The position numbers and the translations under genes were made by a program. A stretch of 64,000 nucleotides of DNA from Phyllosticta citribraziliensis. Its lineage: Eukaryota. Position 1 is the stretch's first letter. Each line of letters starts with the position of its first letter. The notes under the pieces are model-generated. The model saw only the letters and a program-made list of their open reading frames with translations, had not been told where the DNA came from and searched no databases. Location: the NCBI RefSeq assembly GCF_038025025.1, contig NW_027117343.1, forward strand, positions 2,046,001 through 2,110,000, given 5' to 3'. Shown here one piece after another: positions 37,712 through 50,972 of the stretch.

Positions 37712-40700
37712 TTAGTGCCCACTAGGCGTGACGCTCCTGTCCCTTCGGCTTCCCATGGCCAACACACCTCGCCTCACGCTCTTGGGGCTGACCGACTTTG
37801 CCCCGCCTGCCCCGTCTGCCTGCATGCTTACTTGATCTGCAGGGACGAAACTTGTCCTCAAGAGGACGGAGCCAGGCCCAGCCTTGATCATCTTCTCGCC
37901 ACCCTGTCCCTGGTCGTCGAGGAAGAAAAGCGCCTCGCCAAGCTCGGCATCAGCGCTCCATGTCGAGTGGTCGCGCACCGTCAGCTTGAACTGCGTATCC
38001 GCCGCGCATTGGGTGCGTAGAGTTTCGCGGTTCGGGTCGAAGTCGACAGCGCCGTTGGGAGACTTGTGGTCCTTGGTCTTGTGCACTTCCTTCATGTTGC
38101 CCTTGCTATCGGCCTTGGAAATGTGTACGCGCACGTTGGCCGACGCGGGAAAGTCCATGGCTGTGAGAATCGAGATGGTGGCAATGCCGAGCTCGCCGGC
38201 GCCAGGCGTGACACTTACTCCCGAGAGGGACGGTGCGTGCACAGATTTATGGCGAGAGTGTGGAGTGCCAGGGGTGTCCCGTTCATGGCCGTCGACATTG
38301 ATCTGGGGCGGAGTGCTGGGGGGATGCTCACCATTCGCGACGGCAGCAGGTACCTCTTCATCGTCCGAGTCTGGAGAACCCTGAGACTTGCGGCGGCGAG
38401 CAAAGTTGAAAGCCTTGCCCACCCCACCGCCGACAAAGGTAGCACCCTTGATGACATTGCCGCCAACGAATGCCGCGCCCTTTCCAACGCCCTTGACGGG
38501 TGCTCCAATGACCTTTCCTGGCGTGGCAAAGGTTCCACTAAACGTCGATGAGCCCTGGCGAGAGCGCAAGACATAATCAGGCTTGAACAACATCTTAAGT
38601 CGAATCGCTCCGCTCTTGCCGTTCAGCTTGAGTGTTACTTCGGATTGCTTGAACGGCTCGAGTTGCGTCAGGTCAATGGGAGCAGAACCTAAGAGGTCGG
38701 CCTTGTCACCAAAGTCCCAGTCGTATACAACGACTTCGAACTTCGCAGCAGTCCTGCTTCTCACTTGCACCTCGAAAAACTCATTCCAGGCCGGGTGCAA
38801 CGTCTTCTTCTGCTTGTTCGTCTTGTAAACATCCTTGTCGTTGAGAACAAACTTGCAGTAAGGATCAGAGTAACCGTTCCTATCGGCGGCTGGAAGATCA
38901 GCAGCGTCGAGGACGTCGACGCGGAGGTTGCCGCTGTTGTTGAAGGACTCGGAGGGGTCCAGCTCCATCTTGAGAGGCATGTACTTGAGAGAGACGGTGA
39001 CCTTGCTCTCATGGCCTTCCTTGTCTCGAAGAGTGAGCTGGGTTGGGGTGTAGAGGCAGCGCTTGAGCACGTCCAATGTTGCGCCTTGAAGCTTTCCAAG
39101 GATATGGTCCTCTTCACCTTCACCCTTCTTGTCGGCGTGTTCCATGAGACGGAGAGTGATTCGTGAAAAGTCGAGTTCACGCACCATTGCCTCACCGACT
39201 ACAAGAGATTAGCGAATGAAGAGTCGAATGTTGGTGTCACTTACTGTCGTTGAAAGTCATTTGCTTTGATCGAATCTTGGTAGACGTGTAGCTTGGGAAA
39301 ACATTGTCGTCCATGAGAACCTCGAGGTAGCAGTCCGTCTTTGTCAATTCACCTTCAAGGATCTTGAAAACCAGAAGACCTGACTCTGCGCATTGTTAGA
39401 AATGATGTTGATCATGGGACTGCAGAACGCACCGTATTCTTGGAGGTTGTCCGGGGTGAGAACAAGCTTTTCCACCTTAGGTCTGAGGTCGATAGAGTCC
39501 TTCTTGAGCAGAGCCGTCTCCGTTTGCTCCTTCTCGCCTTCCGCCAGCTTCTTGGCAAGATCAGTGGTACTACCATTCGTTGACTCGGCTCGAAGTGGCG
39601 TGTCAGGGAGGGATGATGCGTTGCTGGGCTTGGCAGAGTGACCTCTCCGAGTGTCCATGCTGCTCCGGCTGTCGCTCTCCTCTTCTTCGGGATCAGCGAC
39701 AGGGTAGAATGGATAAAACGAGGCCGAATAGTTCATGACACCCCTCGAGCTAGCCGTGGGACCAGTCTTGAGCCCAGCAGACTTGATCGTCTTGTCTTCG
39801 TGAACAGCATATTCCCCATTTTCTTCCTTGTGCAAGAAATTCTTGACGGCCAGTTCCATGTGACCAAGAGGCCGGTCCTTGCCGATGCCTTCCTCGTCCA
39901 TACACTCAAGCACGATGACCTGGCGGTCAGAGTGAACAGGCACGTAAAGGACTTCATCAAAGTCGGGGTTGAGGTTGTTTTGGAAAGTGACGGTGCGCGT
40001 GATTTGAATACCGGAGAGCAAGGCGCGGATGTATGGGTCGGATTTGCCCATGGTCTCAACATTGCGAAGGTCCCGTGCGTTTTTGACATGCAGACGCATG
40101 ACACCAACAGGCTTAAGGTAACCGGCCGAGTCGCCGAGAGAGCCCTTGAGGTCGACGGGTTTCCACTGAAGGGTCATCTTGGCACGTCCACTCTTTGCGC
40201 CAGCCAACGAGAACCAGTCCTTGCCTTCCTCCATCATGCGCATCATGTCTTCCAGCTTGATTTGGTATTTGCCGAGAATCGGGTCAGCAGCCAGGTCGCG
40301 GTCGTCCTTGATTACGAGTCCCAGTTTGGCCTTTTTCCTGTCCATGATGAGCATTTCCTTGCTTGCGTCGGGCCAGATTGGGTTGTTTGTGCGCTTCAAT
40401 TTCTTGGAAATATGGATCTCTTTGCCATTCAATAGCAGGACCGCATAAGGGTTGAGCTGACCAATCATGCTCTTGCTGCCGTCAAGCTCCTTGGCTTGTT
40501 CAACCGTAAACTTGGCAATGCCAGTGAGGGACTCTGGTGGGGGCAGCTCGGTACCATCCTCAGTCTTCATGGCCTCGAGCACAGGGAAGAACCGGATAGT
40601 AGCGTGGATAATACCACGGGGTTTGCCGTTGGCCATGACTTCCAGGACTTCGTTTTCATGCTCGTGAATCTCCTCGAGCTTATCGAGTGACCAGGAAGCA

Positions 40701-42634
40701 AGGCCAAGGTCCTTGTCCTTGCGGTATTCGTTGTAATCGTACACGTGAAAAGTCAACTGATCAGTGAGGGAAGTGACAATAATGTTGTGCGTTTCGTTCC
40801 ACTTGGGGTTGGCGTTCTCAAAAATGGTCTTGGTGCGTCCGAGCTCGTCGCGGTCGTTGACAGAGTAAGTGACGTATGGGTCAACGATTCCAGAAAACTT
40901 GTCGGGATTCTTCAAGCCTTGAGCTCCGTGGAATTGGACCTGTACGACACCAATGGCCTGGTCCACTGGATTTCCAGCCAGCATCTTGGCGATTTCAATC
41001 GGGAAGACATTCGGCGCATACATCATTGGTCCCAGGTTGGCGTGAATCTGGTCTTGGATGAACGACTCGAGACCGGGAACAAAGTTGATGTCGAATCCAA
41101 AAGTGTCGCCACCAAGAGGCTTGCAGACATAGTCAATATGCGGCTTGTCCAAGAAGCAGAATTCGACCTTTTCAATGTGAGGGAACGGAAGCTGAAGCTT
41201 GACCTTGAGCTGCATGATGCCTGAAAAAGCCATGTCTTCGACAATCACGTCGAGACCTTTGCTGACCATGCCCTTTCCAAGGCGGACTTCGAGGACGACC
41301 TTGGGATTTTGCTTGTTCTTGATTTGGCGTGCCGTCAGGTCCGAAACGTCGTTTGGTGTGAAGCTAAACTTCCAATCCATCAAAACTATGTCATCCTGTG
41401 CCTTGGGATACGTCTTGACGTGCTCCATGCGCGGAGGCTTTGTTCCCAGGACAAAGAGCTTCATTCTCAAGCTGTCGAGGAAAGCCGGGCACGAGGTAGA
41501 GAGGACCTGGTCGACAGAGTTGACAATGGTCTCGCAAAGTACCGGTGCGTAAATAGGCCAGAATTTGACCAGGAAACTGTTGATCCACTCCAGGCTCTCA
41601 GTGTCCGTCTCCAAGCGCTGGCGAGACATTTCGCGGTTGATATCGTCCTTGAAGTTGCGACGCACTCGCCGTATGGAAGTGCGGTAATATGTGGCGCAAA
41701 AGGCCATGATGATAAAAATCCAGCCCAGTCCACCGCCTAGCAGCGTTGTAATGTACGTCATGAGGGACGTGAAAACGATGATGCCGGCATTGTGGTACCA
41801 ATCTGAAGAAAGTCAGCTTGATCTTCCTGATGGAACATGCCACATGCACATGCCTCCATAGAATTTCTCGTCCAGCTTGCCCTCTATCCACGTCTGATGA
41901 TCGAGCAATGAGCCCTCGTCCTCGACATCTCCGCCGGGCATGCCGAATCGGGGTGCCCAGCCAACCCTTTCCCAACGCTTTTCGTCATCTTCTTCCGGTG
42001 CGTGCCCGTTTGCTTCGGCTTTGTCGGTGGTGGGCGTGGGAGGTTCTGCGGCAACAGCCTTGTCGGTGGATGGAAGGTTGTAATCCGGACCTGTGCCGTC
42101 GTCCTGTATTTGGATCAGCGGGACGGTGGTTTTGTGGCGAAAAAGGTGACGCATGGCGTTTGGGGATCCATCGACTTACCGCGTCTGAGACCAGGGCGGT
42201 GGCTTTTGGTTTATGTTCGTGGTGAAAGTCGGAAGGGACATGCTGGCAATAGAAACGCGTCAGTGCTCTGAGCAATGCAACGACCAGGCGCCAATTTCAG
42301 CGCGAGAGGGCCATGGACGTGGACGAGGAAGCTGTCTCCGAGCTTGCTATGCGCGGGCGTGGAGGGCCGAGGTGGGGCAAAGGGCAGTCAAGCTCCAAAG
42401 CTGGAGTTGGTTCGCCTTTGCGTTGTACGAGGACAGAGCACTCACAGATCTGGCCTGGGCAGCCTTCTCTTCCGGGGAAGCATCAGGATCAAAGGCTAGA
42501 GCGGCGCCTCCGGCCTTCTTTGCTTCCTCAACGACTTTGTTTTCCGCATCTTCGGCCGAGACGAAAGAATTGGGGTCCTGGGCAGCTTCGACGGCCCCTT
42601 GCTGCTTGAGCTCGGCCTCGTCTCTCGAAGCCAT
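37712..42634 (-). CDS. Tricalbin / extended synaptotagmin ER-PM tether (TM hairpin, SMP domain, multiple C2 domains); multi-exon
   Basis: Motifs DWYHNAGIIVF, YYRTSIRRVRRN, ESLEWINSFLVKFWPIYAP (SMP), KSDPY and DRNGYSDPYCKF...KKTLHPAWNE (C2). Canonical introns join the ORFs. Confidence 0.96.
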
Positions 42635-45600
42635 GGCGCCCGCACAGAGGTCGGCGGCCTATGCGGGAGCTGATGTTGTGTGGTGGACGATGGGGGGAAG
42701 CGAAGGGCGATGGAAGGGCAGGATAGGATCAATGGCGGCGGGCGGAACGGGGTGGATGGGGGACGAGAGGAGCGAGCGATGTCAGTCGAGCTCTGGAAGC
42801 TCTGGAGCCGGGCGATCGGGAGGTGGTGGAGGTGGAGGGGAGAGTGAAGTGGCCAAGAGGCATGCAGCTTGCTTGTGCTTGGTCCGTTAGCGCCGGGCCC
42901 CCCGCAACACAACCTAACCAACGCGGCAGCCAAAACTCACATGTATCGCCTTGAGACAGCTCAGCTTCTACTGCCAGGGCCGCGCTGTCAAGTCTATCTT
43001 ATACCTTCTAGCGCCCGTCGAGCAGCCAGCCGGTTTTCTGGCGGCTGCGCAACGACGCCGAGTCTGCTGTTCCTGAGCTAACACCAGACGAAGCCAGAGA
43101 ATCCACGTCGCAACATGAGCGACCGACATGGATGACCGCAACGATGACGCTGATCGCTCAGGCCCCTGCGGATCAACAGAACCTGGCCAGCCTCACCCAC
43201 ACACACACGACATGGCCCTCTGCAGATGCCACGCAACGTCCTCCATCATCTCAACCCGCCTGTTGCGCGGCACCACGCTCCGTCGGCGCCAGACCGACAA
43301 GACGGCTGGCCTGCGCGGGCAATTTGTCGCCTTGTCCTGTGCCGCACTCCTGAGCCCGTCTCGCACAGCCACGGCTGCGGCAGGAGAATGGATAGCTGTG
43401 GGAGTTTCGAAGGGAGCTCCCGGTCGCTCACTCGACATATTTTGTCCAAAAACCCAACGAGCGACGACTAATTTTACCTGGTTGGAACCACTTGACGTCA
43501 GCTGCACTGGCCGTGTCACCCCTGGCGCCCCAATCAGACGGCCCCCCTCGGCTTACCCGTCGACTGTTCCTGGGTTTCGCAAGAAGCCACGCACCACCAA
43601 ATCCACCCCGTTAGTCACCAACTAAACTCAAACACCATCCCAGCAGGTCCTCCACCTTCAAATCTTGGCCTCGAATCGAAGATGCCACCCACCTCGAATC
43701 CTCATTGGACAGACGACAGTTGCTCAGCTTCTCGCTGCCTGCTGTCCACAACCACATCCCTTTCCTGCACCACCACGCTCAATCCAGCTGCCAAGGTAAG
43801 CGAAATCACCAACCTCTCTCGCGAGCCCGTTCAACTGTCACTCACCCTTGGCAAACCACCCCTGAACCCCTTTTTACCATGCCCATCTCGCTATAGCTTT
43901 CCAGCCGACAGGGGGCGGCCAAGGGCAACAAACTCGCCACCATCTCCACCGCTCGCCTTGACCTGTCGACACTCTTCTCGGACCTTCGCCGTCCGAAGAC
44001 AGCCGTCTTTACACAAATATCGGCGACTCGGCAACCCGAGTCTTGAATGGGATTGATGACAGCGCACGTCGGCCCCCTTCTTGGCTCGCCCATTTAAACT
44101 TTGTCTAGTCCACGCGTTTTCGCCAATCACGCTCTATGAGTGCCTGTCACATGGGGTAGCTAGACCCCAACTCATGGACATGCTATGCCATAGCAAGGTC
44201 ATTCCCAGCTACACCAACCGCTTTGTTCAACCCAAGAGAAAAAAAATTTGGAGAGCAGCCGCTTTGTTTCAGAAACCGAACAATATCTACGGTACTCCGG
44301 ATGCTGGGTATCTGTTGCAAACGGATATGGCTGACTGCACCATTATCGAGCGATGCTTGTTCTCATCATCCGCAAATCAACCAGAACTGTATCGACCGGC
44401 ATGACTCCGACTTCTTATGCCAGTCCTAACATTGCACCCGGGCTGTCTCAACGAGAACTGACTTTGACCAGAGCCGCACTCTCTGGCATACATCGTCGCC
44501 TAGAGCCGCGTGTGACGCGCCAACTCAAAATACGCGAAATCGGAGATATCATGCTTATCCATTTCACACGAGCCAAGGCGTATCTTGAATGCCTACACTT
44601 GATGTGCAATAAACGCTGATAACGCCGCAGCAGCGGCTGTGCAGTAGAAGCCAATATGTTGACACTTCCGCTCTTCATGGCGCCCGGACGTTGGTCTGCC
44701 TGTGACAGTGCCTGTGACTTTGGCCACGACTGTGTTCCTGGCCCTCATGCAGCTCTTAAATCTATCAATTATTCAGGAGTTACTTCGATCCAGCGAGAGA
44801 CAGTGCAAACGAAGTACTGTCTTTTCTTTTGGCCTTGTCATCCAGAACTCGACGGAGAGGGGAGGAGTTTGTACACGCTGACCACCAATACAGCGATGCG
44901 TTGCTCGCCGTCAAGGTGTGCTGCTGGATCTCAGTGCCATGATGAGACGCCGTGCATGTTTGTGTCGGCAAGATGATGCTGGCTACCTAAAGAAAGCAGT
45001 ACCTAAGCCAAAGCAGTCAGCGCAGGTCGCGCGAAGGAGAGACAAGTCATATTGCAAGATAGAAGCATCCCCGCAGTGTACTCCTTTCACTCGCAGTATC
45101 TTCACCGTTAGGCGTCTGTTTGCGGACTTTCTCGCGTTGCAACGACGGCGTGTGGAGAGGTATTTGTGTCAAACTCTCCGGCTCGCCACCTAGGCAGCCA
45201 GGCAGTCGACGCCGGTCCCTTCACACGTTCATCTTTCCTGACACGAGCGCCTTTACTGTTGATGCTCACAAGATCTTCAGCTGCCAGAGCCCCCTCGACT
45301 TCTGGTACTCTGTCGCTTGGGCGAGACCGTCACTTGACCATCGCCTGCGCAGGGTGGTCGGTCCAGCTCTCGACTATAAAAACGCAGTGTCCTGCGTTTG
45401 CCTCAATCATCGTGGACTCGCTCTCCTTCTCTCTCTCTCCCGCAGAACAGAAAATCCGAGAAATGCTACTGGGAGAGAGCAATCAAAATCGACCGACTTC
45501 TGCGCTCGCTGGGCGACGCGATGGCTGCGTTCCACTCTGCGTGCCTTTCTCGCTGCTGACCTAGGAAAGCTGCTCTTTGGTTTCTATTTCGCGGACATGA

Positions 45601-47078
45601 CTATCAACGCCATCATGCTGCAGTGATTCTGAGGGCCATATACCGCTGCTGTTGATGCCACTGCTGCTGGCGCGGCATGAGACTACGGGAACGGGCACGA
45701 CGGGCGAAATAGCAAATTGCCAATGCAAAAGCCAACACAGCAGTCAACTTGATGCAAGTGCTCAGGCGAGCCCAGTAGATTTCTCCTTTGACTCGTCGCT
45801 TTCGCTTCGAGTCCACGGTTGGCGAACAGGAGACATGCAAGGTGCAGTGCAAGAGGCATCCTTTGTAGAGAAGAGAGAGCGCCAGCAAATCGAAGATGAG
45901 AAAGAGAGAGATATAGAAAGGCACATGCGCTGCCGGCCGGTCACCCGCCCTCCCGTCCTGACCTGCTTGGTGGCAAGTCAGCGCTCGTGGTAGACATGTG
46001 CGCACGCCGCCTCTCCTCGCCTCTCACAACTATATAGTCCGCCTCCTCCCCTGCTCTTTCAAGCTGTAGAGCTCCTCCCAGGGTTTTCTTGAGTCTCTGC
46101 AGGGATATCATGGCCCCTCCATACTGGGAGGGAGGTCTCTCTCTTCTTGACACACGTGTACCACTGTGTGGTGTGGTGTTGCTCTTTTTGCCCCTTTTCG
46201 CCCTTCAGGCAGGTCCCTGGCCTGGTAAGTGTCAAGCAAACCCCCTCTCCTCACGCTGGAAGCGGCTATGGTGCCGCGCACTGGGCGCCAAAACTGGCGG
46301 TATCCGCGACGCAAGAGCGCAGGTGTGTTGGTAGGGAGGTAGGTATGTAGAAAATGATGGGCACCATGTTACATCACGCAACAGGCAGGCAGGCAGACAA
46401 TTCACTACCTACCCGTCCCTATTTGCGTTCAAGCCTTTACTCCTCACCTCCCGCCCAGCTATCTCAACACCACACGCCCAGTATCATCAACACACCCAAC
46501 CCAGAAAAAAACAAACAAGCCAACGAGAACAAAAGAACCATTTCCATGAACCCGTCTCCGTAAACCAGATGCTTGCCTATCTTTGTGCAATACAGAGTCG
46601 CCTCTCTTCGAGCCACCATCCCTGATAATGACGATGACGGAGATCAGGGGAGTGCATGAGAGACAGATACACGGATGTATTGAGCCCCCCCCCCCCTCCC
46701 CCCAATCAATCGATGAGGCGAGCAATGGTGATTCGTGGTATCACCAGATGACAGACAGGCAGACAGATCGCAACGACACACGTTGGAATGATAACCGGTA
46801 GAATGACAAAATAGCCAAATTTTGAATACCTGGCGGACGGATGCAGTGATCTCATGCATGTCAAGACAGCCGACACAGTCAAAAGAATATAAGCAACAAC
46901 GAGGAGCCCAGGACGCGGCTTGATGAGGCCACATAGCAGGAGAGTGAACGTATGTATATTTGCAGACAGCCTGCATGCCATTGCGCAGTGGCACCAACGG
47001 CGAGAGACGCGCACCGGCTATGAAGCGCGCGTAGAGGCTAGGCTGTACGTGAAGTAAAAAGAGAGCAGAGAGAGGAAG

Positions 47079-47139
47079 GAGTGAGTGAGTGAGTGAGAGA
47101 GAGAGAGAGAGAGAAAAAGAGAGAGAGAGAGAGAGAGAG
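47079..47139 (+). repeat. Compound (GAGT)n(GA)n microsatellite
   Basis: Seen directly in the sequence. Confidence 0.9.
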
Positions 47140-48028
47140 TGCGAGAAAGAAGAGTCCATCATCCATCATCCAAACCGTGGTCCCACAGACAGACAGATAG
47201 ATAGCAAGTAAAGAAGACGAAAAACGCCATCCAAATGCGCCCCCTATCCACCATCCACTCATCATGCAACAAACCAACAAACAACCAAAAAAGAGGCGGT
47301 AACTATGGTATGTGAGGCTTGTCTTGTCCGTCGTGACTCAAAATGTCGAAAATAACAAAAAACAGAGAAAAGACCAAAGGAGAAAAAAACGAACAGCGAA
47401 GAAAAAGAGCATAGGGAAGAAAATAAAAGAGGCATCCAAATCTTTCTTTCTTCTTGCCCAACACCAACACCGCCAACAAGAGACGCCAGACCCCGGGTAA
47501 TGATGATGATGATGACGACGAACGATGATGTGTGTGATGGTAGTACAGCAAGCAGTGTCCCAAAACCAAAAAGAACCCCTCTCCCAGCAAAAACGTAATG
47601 ACATCCAACACTCAATCGCAAAATATGAGGATGGGGACAAGGGCATGCATCATCATGTCATGCCGCTCCGACCAACCTTCCTTCCAACCAGCCAAAACCC
47701 GCCCCGGCCCCACCCCTTTTGTCCCAGATCCTTCTCCTTCCATGGTCATGTCATATGGCCGGTATCGTAGTAGTAGTGCAACATTCATGTAGTAGCGGGG
47801 AACAGAACCTTCTTCTCTTCTTGTTCCCCCTCCAAAGATTCATCATTCCTTCATGACCTTTTTCTCGCCGCGCCGCGACGGCCGTCGCCGCTGCCACCAC
47901 CCCCACCAACGCCAACCGCCTCCGCCAAACCGCCGTCCCAGGCCGAGCCAGCGTTGTTTGGCCGCCGGCGTGCGCGGCCTGGGTGTCTGCTGTTGCTTCT
48001 CCTTTTCTTTCTTTTCAAGGTCGGTGAT

Positions 48029-50972
48029 TCATAAGCAACGGGGCGCGCGCCATCGGCCGTCGGCGACGGTGCTGAACTTGACGCCGCGGCCCTTGCGCGC
48101 CACGCCGCCGTTCATGAGCCACCGCGACAGGTTCTTGCACTGGGACACGTCGAAGTCGTCCAGGTCCGAGCAGCCCTCGAGGATGGCTTCGACGCCCGTG
48201 CCCGTGACGCGCACGCAGCCGCGCACCGACAGGTACCGGAGCTCGAGCAGGTGCAGCGATATGGAGCGCAGCGAGGAATCGGAGACGGCGGAGCCGCAGA
48301 AGGCGAGGTTGAGGTGCGTGAGCGACGGGCACCCAAGGGCGACGACCTCGGTGGCCGTGTCGGACAGCGCGCAGCAAAAGGACTAGATCATCAGCGCTTG
48401 CAAGTCACTCAAAAGCCGGTGTGCTTACAAGATCAAGTTCCTTGAGGTTCTTTGCGGCATTCGTTAAAAATACAATGGCATTATCCGTAAGATACGTGCA
48501 GTCGGCAAGGCAAATTTTGGTAAGGTTCGGAAAAGGGTAGACGCTCCAGTGCTGGAATCCCTGGTCTGTTATGGTCGTGCATCTCGTAAGGTCAATCTCC
48601 TGGAGGCGCGTGCTCGCGTGGACGGCAATGTGCGCCATGCTGCGGTCCGTAATGTGCTTGCAGTAGCTTAGGGTAAGCTTCCTTAGCTTGGGACAACCGA
48701 CGACGGTGCCAGGCGGGAGCTGCTGAACCTGCTGCTGCTGCTGCATCCGGCGTCCGTAGCGTCCGTTCATGTGGTGTTGCTGCGCTTGTTGCAAGTAGCC
48801 AGGGGGCAGCTCGGGCACAACCCAGCCAATGACGCGGGCGAGGAGATTGTCGCCGACCTTGCGGCAGTTGCTGAGGTCAACCTCTTCGAGGCCCTTGGCT
48901 TTGTTCACCATTTCGAGGACGGCTTGTCCGGTAATGTCCCAGACGGACTTCATCCTCCAGTATCTGACATTCGCGCCGCATGCGGTGGCAAGCGCAGTGA
49001 AGCCTTCATCTGTCAGGTGGAAGCAATTGCTGATATCGACGTAGCGGGGGCGCTGGCCGACAAAGGGGCAAATGATGTTGGTAATTACTTGGTCGTTGAT
49101 GCGGCGATTGTAAGGAGCAAGGTCCAACGTATGCAAAAGACTGGGCGATGAAGACAGGATCTTGAGCCAATGCATAGACACGCGACGCAGATGCATGAGC
49201 TCCTTGATGTCAAGGTATTGAAAGATTCTGACCAAGATGACGTCCGGCAGGGAGCCCTTACCCCTGCGGCTCGGCCTACGCACCAACTTTTGGCGCTTAA
49301 AAGAGCTGGAGCGCTCGGGAGTCAAACGCTCCTCTTGCTTAAAGATCGGGGAAGGTAATAAACCGTTTCTCGTTGGGCTGGGGCTGCTGCGAGCAGGTCC
49401 TTCGCGGCCCTTGAGAGTCTCCTGGGCCGGCTCTTGCACGGGGGGTGCGCCTGGCGTTGGTGGTGCCAGGGACGCCCGCCGAGATCTCGAGCGTGCATTC
49501 TCCAAGTCTACATTCAGGAACGGGTCGGGGTCAAAGTGGTCAATAAGCAAATCATCTTCCTTTGGTCTCAGGGGAAAGGTGGAGTCCTTGGTCTCGGTAA
49601 ACGTCTCGGTAAACATGACGGCCGGCAGGCTCTTCCTCCGCTCTGGGGCCCGGTCGTTGAGCGCGAGCTCGTTGATGGCAGGGGTGCCGTCAAAAACATC
49701 TGGCATGGCCGTGTCGTGTTCGCCCGGAACGTCGACCTTGCGCGCCTCGAGGCGGGCCTTGGCCGTGTTTTCGACCTGTTGGCGCAGCTCAGGCGAGCAT
49801 TTTTGCCAAAATTGGTTCAAAACATCACCGCCAATCGTCAAGCACTCAACCAGCGCGATTGACCGGACAGTGGCCGTCCGCGTCGGCGCCAGGTCCAAGC
49901 TGACAACCTCTCCAAAATACTGGCCCTGTTTGAGCCTGGCAATCACGTGTTGAATGTTTTTGGGGCTGGATTGCTTTTTGCGCGTGGCTTCATCCGGCGG
50001 CGTCTCAATGACAACCTCGACCTCGCCGCGGATGATGAAGAAGACGTCGCGGCCGTGCGAGCCTTGTTGTACAATGTCGGTGAATGGTGGGTAAGTCCTG
50101 GGCTGGGCATTGAGGCCAAGAAAGTGCAAAATGTCGGACGGCAGGCTGGAGAAGAGGGGCATTTCTTTGAGCAGCTGGCGAACGTTGACAGAGCCGCTCC
50201 CGAGCGCGCTGGCGGCGGCTGCTTCGGCCAGACCAGGGCTTGGAGACTTGCGCTTCTTGCTGTTGACAACGACTTCTCCGTCGCGCAGCTCGCCGGCCTC
50301 GCCCATTTCCACGTCACCATCAGTCGTCTCCCGGTGCCGCTTGACGCTGCGCGAGGGGCCCCGGTTGTGCTTCTTGGAATCTCTGAGCTCCTTCTTCTTG
50401 CGCTCGAGGATGGCCAATCGCTCCTTGGCCTCGTCCAGGATGGACTGCTCAACCTCGGGGAAGCCGGGCAACTCCTTTTTGAGGTCTCCCTTGTCCAGAC
50501 GGACGACCATTGAGCGCATCTGAGCGACAATGGTGGCGGTTCGGGGTATTTCCATCAGAATGCCAATTTCTCCAAAAAAGGCACCGGGCTTGAGCTCAGC
50601 AAAGGTGCTCTCGCCGTCGCGCGAGGTGACGCGGACGGCGCCTCGCACCAGCCAGTACATTGCTTTGGCATCGTCGCCTTCGGATATGATTGTGTCGTGT
50701 GGCGAGTAGAGCTGGGGGCGCAGGTGGGCGCCGATGGCGGCCAGGAAGGAATCGGGAGCCGACTGGAAGAGAGGAAAGGAGCGCAGACGGTCGATGAGCT
50801 CGAGGGGCAGACCCTGGATGGTGGAGGCGGCCAGAGGCGATGGGCGGACGGGCTTGGTGGGGTTTGTCTCGGAGTCGAAAGCGCGTATCAAGGCGAAAGG
50901 ATCGGGGACGGGGCCGCCATTCATCTTGTTGGCGTAGACGGTCGGGCCATGGGCCCGGTGGTGTCGCCGCAT
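48029..50972 (-). CDS. Protein with two cyclic-nucleotide-binding domains, an F-box and leucine-rich repeats; 2 exons (intron ~48383-48428)
   Basis: cNMP cassettes GAFFGEIGILMEIPRTAT and GQYFGEVVSLDLAPTRTAT. F-box SLPDVILVRIFQYLDIKELMHLRRVSMHW. Cys-containing LRRs LSNCRKVGD, LSYCKHITD, LTRCTTITD and SFCCALSD. Confidence 0.93.
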
